Of a stretch of DNA of 64,000 nucleotides, positions 59,201 through 64,000 are shown one piece after another. The stretch lies in contig NMRA01000438.1 of NCBI GenBank assembly GCA_002633005.1, positions 1 through 64,000 of the forward strand. The letters run 5' to 3'. Below the pieces are notes generated by a model. The model did no database searches, was not told the origin of the DNA, and saw nothing but the letters and a program-made list of their open reading frames with translations. Numbering within the stretch: position 1 is the first letter of the stretch; each line of letters starts with the position of its first letter. The position numbers were made by a program, and so were the translations under genes. This DNA comes from Phoronis australis. Its lineage: Eukaryota; Animalia; Phoronida.

Positions 59201-62200
59201 TTCGGACCAAAATAATCCCCAAAATAACACTTATTCATTTGAAGGGCTTCTAACACTGCTGTGATTGATCTCAATTTTTAAAAAAAATATCGTCTGTTTA
59301 TAGCCATTGTACAGAACATGGTTGTGGCACAGCATAATTTTGGCACTGTGGATCATTTATTTTTTATATGAGAAAATAAAATTTCAGCAGTCTACCGGAT
59401 CATGTCTTAAATTGGTACGATTTTAGGGTACAAAGGAAAGACAATATTTCTCTGTAAGTTGTTTTAACCAACCATTGAACCATTGAATTTTACATACTGT
59501 TGTAGTATGTAATTGGATAGCACGTATTCTTGAGTTACCAGTGCAGTATTGTGACTCAATGTGGTCTTAATTAGGTCAGTGGGTGTGGTCTGGGTTAATT
59601 GACATCACAGTGGTTTATGGTCCAAGTTATTCAACATGTGGTGCTCTCCATGACACAGTTCAGTCATGTGTTAAGAATGTTGACTGACTATGTCTGAAAC
59701 TCCAGTGTTTGTGACACTGAGAGTGGCTGGGAAGGTTTGAGTAAAAGGCTCTAGGTTGAGTTCCTGTCGCAATCTCTGGGTTTTTTCATATTTTATACAA
59801 TCAGGGCATGCGTCTATTGATTGATGGTATTTTTATCTGTCCCTTATCATGCATACTGTAGTTAGTACTGTACAGTAAGTATGTAAGTATAAAAATATAT
59901 TTTGGGTTCTGTCAGCGTCATTTATTTGCTTAAGTTATCACCTTACAGTGTTCATTGAATGACCATTTTATTTGTGACTGTTGACCTGTAGCACACTTAA
60001 ACTCTTGAAGTTTGTCAGCAGCAAAGCTTTCGCTCAGCCTCTGAACTATCAATACCCTGATGTGTCCCCTCTTAGGAATTCAGTTTGATCACATACTTTC
60101 CTGTTGGGATTTGTTGAACCCATCCATTCTCAATGGAGTTTGGTCACAACCATTGCAAAGTTCGGAGACCTACTGCAATTTTTATTTTTGGTACCTCTGA
60201 AAAACAGGTTGCTGACAGTTTTTGGTTGTGTTCGCAGGGTGTAGGACTGGCCTAATATGTAAATCTTCATTCAGACAGGTTTCAGTGCTTAAGTCAAGTT
60301 GTCAAGGAGATGTGTGTTTAGAATTTGAGACAGCATTTTTGTGATTCGAATATCGTGATATTAGCTCAGACATTAGTACATCTATTTCATTTAATAACTT
60401 CACCTCTTGTTTTGAGTGTATGCAATTGACAATATTCTGTAGGACCAATTTTTTAATGATTCCGTCTCTCAAATGAGTTGGCAATGTGATGTATTGGTTT
60501 TAAATGAATGTATATTTAACAGCTTAGTATTTAAAATGACTTATTCTTATTAAAATGGCACAGGCAAGAAACTGAATTTCGAGTCGCAAAAGTGGGGCTT
60601 CTTTATTATCATAGGCGGGCCCCCTGCACCTAGGCCACCTTCCGGCGGAGGCACCTATGTAGAGGGCCTCACGTTTGAGGCCCAAATTCAATTTTTGCCT
60701 GTGTCATTTTAAAATAAGAATAAGTCATAAGCTGTTATTTGAAATTTATGTTTATATTTACATGCACATACATCCTCATGCCATAGATTCTGCATAGTTA
60801 CGCTTCTCGTTTCTTTTTCAGTTTCGGCAAGGCTTCCATGGTACATATTAGACCAGGAACAGATATTTACAGTAGCTGCCAGACTAGTCCAAGACATTAA
60901 ACACACTTGGGGCAAGTGATATAACCACAAATTATTTCCCAAAAGCTGTGGTCTGTGAATGTTGAAACCACATCAAGTTGAAAGATCAGAGGGCTGAGCT
61001 TTGATGAAGACATTCTGTTGTGAGGCAACACTGAGGTTGTATATTCAGTGGCAGTGAAGGTGACATGGCCAGGATTTGACTGAGTCATTCTCAGCATGAG
61101 GGCTTCCAGTGAGAAGTTGAGTGTGAATCCACAGATCAACAGGTTGTCCAGAGAAACATGAGCACTCAGAGATTGTAAGTACATTTACTGGCCAGAACAT
61201 TTACTGCAGTGCTGTAGTGGTAAAATTAGAGGTAAGGAGGTGCCCAAAGCCCACCGTATCACCTCGAGCACTGAACGTAACTTACCTACATTCAAATGCC
61301 AAAAGGTGGTTGGCTGCATCTACGTGCACCTACGCCCTACCACAGCACTGATTTCCTACGCCCTACTACAGCATTGATTTACTGGCCAAAACATTTACTG
61401 ACCAGAGGAATTTTGTAGGATGTGTTGTTAGGGTAAGGTTCTTAGTTTGTGGGTATTTCATAATGTACTGGGAACACTTTTTGTGCAAGGGTCTGAGATT
61501 GGGAAGGGTTGTGGTTGGGGGTTGTGCTGGGGTTAGGGTTAGGCAAATGGGACTTCAGGATACATGCATGTTAGAAGGAAAAAATGGAAATATCCTATTT
61601 GGTACAATCCTGCATCGTACTCACTCAAAGTGCAATACAGCCATGCTGAAAATGATTGTGTGCTTTAATAACTTGATTCAAAACAGTAAGGTTAAGTCTA
61701 CAGGTCTTAAATAATCTTGAGCAACTTTCAAAAAAGTGTAAGAACAGTGAGAGCTTCGACTTGGAATTTTACTCGTTAACTCACAGTGAGCAATAGGCAG
61801 GTATTCCCCAGAGTCTGTGCTGCCACCTCTCCTCTTGGCTGGCAGACGAGTGACCTCCTCATAACCTTCTGAATGCTGTTTCCTGGAGCACATCTACTGT
61901 GGAGTTTATTCTTCATTTTTAACAAACGAAGTTGTTTGCCAGAGCAATTGCTCAAACTGGAAGTACACCTGTAACCTCTTGAGGTGCCTCTCATTATGTG
62001 CAAAACGTATATTAAGAAATGTGAATTTGGTGGCTTAGCCAGGATTAAGAATTATTTGCAGAAAATCTTCCGGACATGCCAATGCCTAACTGAACAGTAG
62101 CCACTTCACAGAATATCACATTGTCCACTCTGATTCTACGGTATTTACCCACAATGCTACTCCCTACACAGTTGGACTCTACTTCGGTGCTTCACTAATC

Positions 62201-62667
62201 TTCACTAAAACTGGCTTGCCTTTTATCATTCTGATGCAAATTAAGGTTTGCTGTAGCTGCACAATGAGTTGCAGTGCCCTCATAAAAGAGAACCAGTTTG
62301 ATGCATATTATTCAGTTGAGAAAACTGGTTCTCAGAATTTAGGCACGTTATATCAGACCTTTACCGGAATTCATGTATGTGAAACTGTAGAATTACATTT
62401 TCCTGATCATCTGGGGTCATGTTTATGATATTGAAAGCAACGAGGCCAGGTTGTGAACCCTTGTGACATTATACTACATAGCATTTTCACAATGAAAGTT
62501 GCCATTATTTGATATAAAAGGTTAAAATGTCAATTTATGATTTGCAGAGCAAAAAAGCACTGGAAAGCATTATTTCTGGGCTTATAAGGGCATGGTTCGT
62601 ATCAACAGAGTGGAACCAATTAATTTTGATAAATGCATAAGGCATAAGCCTCTTGGTGGTGATTGTA

Positions 62668-63185
62668 CAGGGTGTCCCAAAATGTACTCGCATTTTGGTA
62701 TCGTATCACGAGTTCAAGTTCAGTTCTTCCGAATCAAACTCGGCACCCGGGCTTACTGTATAGTTTTGCCTTGCTATGAAAGTAGGTGCGTGTGTCGTCA
62801 CGTGCTCTGTTTGCACAAGAATGGCAAACAAATGTTTCAGTTTTGGAGAACGAAAATTTATCAGCGTCGTCACTGGAAGCTCGAAAAACGTCGAGGAAGT
62901 GCTAAAACAATCTTCTTAACAAGGCATTAAAATGCTTTTATTTTATTTTAAAGAGTTGATTTCATTTCGTACACCTCGTTGTGAATTTAATTAAACTATG
63001 GAAATTATAACGAGAGGTGATCAGAAAACACAAGCAATATCTGTAACGGCAAAACCAAGACTATATTAGGGGAAAACAGTGCAAATACAGGACTGAGGCC
63101 AAAGGTCAATATAACAATCCACACAAAGGAGCCATCTTGTTCCAAGTCAATCATTTGAGGTGCAGTGCATTTTTGGGAAACCCTG
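62668..63185. mobile_element. Non-autonomous Tc1/mariner element (518 bp)
   Basis: TA|cagggtgtcccaaaa ... ttttgggaaaccctg|TA: typical CAGGGTGT TIR with TA TSD. Confidence 0.85.
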
Positions 63186-64000
63186 TATAGATGTTGCTTT
63201 TGATGTTTTAATTGTTTTATTATGTCTGGACTGATTAAAGACTGAATGTCAAGTTTGAGGGTTGAGCTGACAACTTTTGTCTAATAGGCTGATGTTACAT
63301 GGGGGAGGGGAGAGGTTCCTTTTCATATTATAAGTGTTAGGGAGCTGCTGCAGGCAAATTAAGCAATACAGTTGTTGTATAAAAAATTGAAGATATGTCC
63401 TCCTTTAATCTTGTGTCTTCCTGTTGCAAATTGGTGAAGTTGTGAAACAAAAAATTCAAATTATTTATACAGAGTTTGAATGCCGTGCGATCGGAAGACC
63501 ACACTTAAGATTCGTGATCTGGTGTCTGAAAAAATCTGATATAAGATGTACAATTATAGCCTTCTTATTGCCCGACCCCAAATGTGGAGGTTACCACGAG
63601 AAAACTACATTCCAGTGCCGTGATTTGTGATTAGGCTCTGCCCACGTTATAGTAATTGCACCTGATTGGCTAGATTATTAGCATTTTGCACAATCATTAA
63701 TGTTAATTAGCCATACACAGAGGCAGGTGGAACACCTTTGTGAATGTTCGTTTTAATACCACCTTGAGGTAGATGACACACCACAGGCTTAAAACGAGGT
63801 TTCAAGAAGGAATCCTACCTACCTACCATCTTAGATATAACTAGCATTTACATTTTAATTTACAAAATTTTAACCAATCACACGTGATCACCTTGGGCTG
63901 GCAGAGCGTGTGGTAAAATTTCGACATTCACACTATGGCTGAGAAGTGAAATTTTATTTTTTCATGTTTTCAGAAATCAGAAGTACCGCAGAACAAAGGC

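Noticed and set aside
41282-63630. Numerous 60-166 aa ORFs in the right third of the window
   Set aside because: No domain motifs, many non-ATG starts and no consistent splice-phase chain; consistent with random ORFs in intronic or repeat DNA.

Overview
AT-rich, intron-rich animal genomic DNA, probably from a marine invertebrate (taxon not determinable). It is an assembly scaffold with a single N at 1043 and a 79-N gap at 8788-8866. Three protein-coding units can be assembled by hand from GT-AG sites and consistent exon phases. (1) A 9-exon + strand gene (5401-24995, 495 aa) encodes a type I Ig-superfamily receptor: signal peptide, three Ig domains, TM helix, and a tail with an ITIM (LNYADL) followed by an ITSM (TEYAVI). 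(2) A 3-exon - strand gene (40732-30319, 135 aa) is a C22orf39/UPF0545 homologue. (3) Inside intron 1 of that gene lies an apparently intact ~7.3 kb DNA transposon encoding a spliced 1010-aa DD..CxxH..E transposase. A short second exon, missed by the ORF track, completes a C-terminal Spin/Ssty (Spindlin-type Tudor) domain that keeps the aromatic-cage positions SPIN1 uses to read H3K4me3. The element's putative right end is ~350-400 bp from the host's first exon, next to a probable bidirectional promoter, so the main hypothesis is a histone-mark-reading transposase. The rest of the window holds Helentron/HINE-like elements with arrays of CTCF-like motifs, a deleted Kolobok-like element, a Penelope-like palindrome, several MITEs, a probable assembly duplication at the start, and ~23 kb (41-64 kb) of apparently intronic DNA with no convincing coding exon. 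All homology statements come from motif recognition by eye; no database searches were run.
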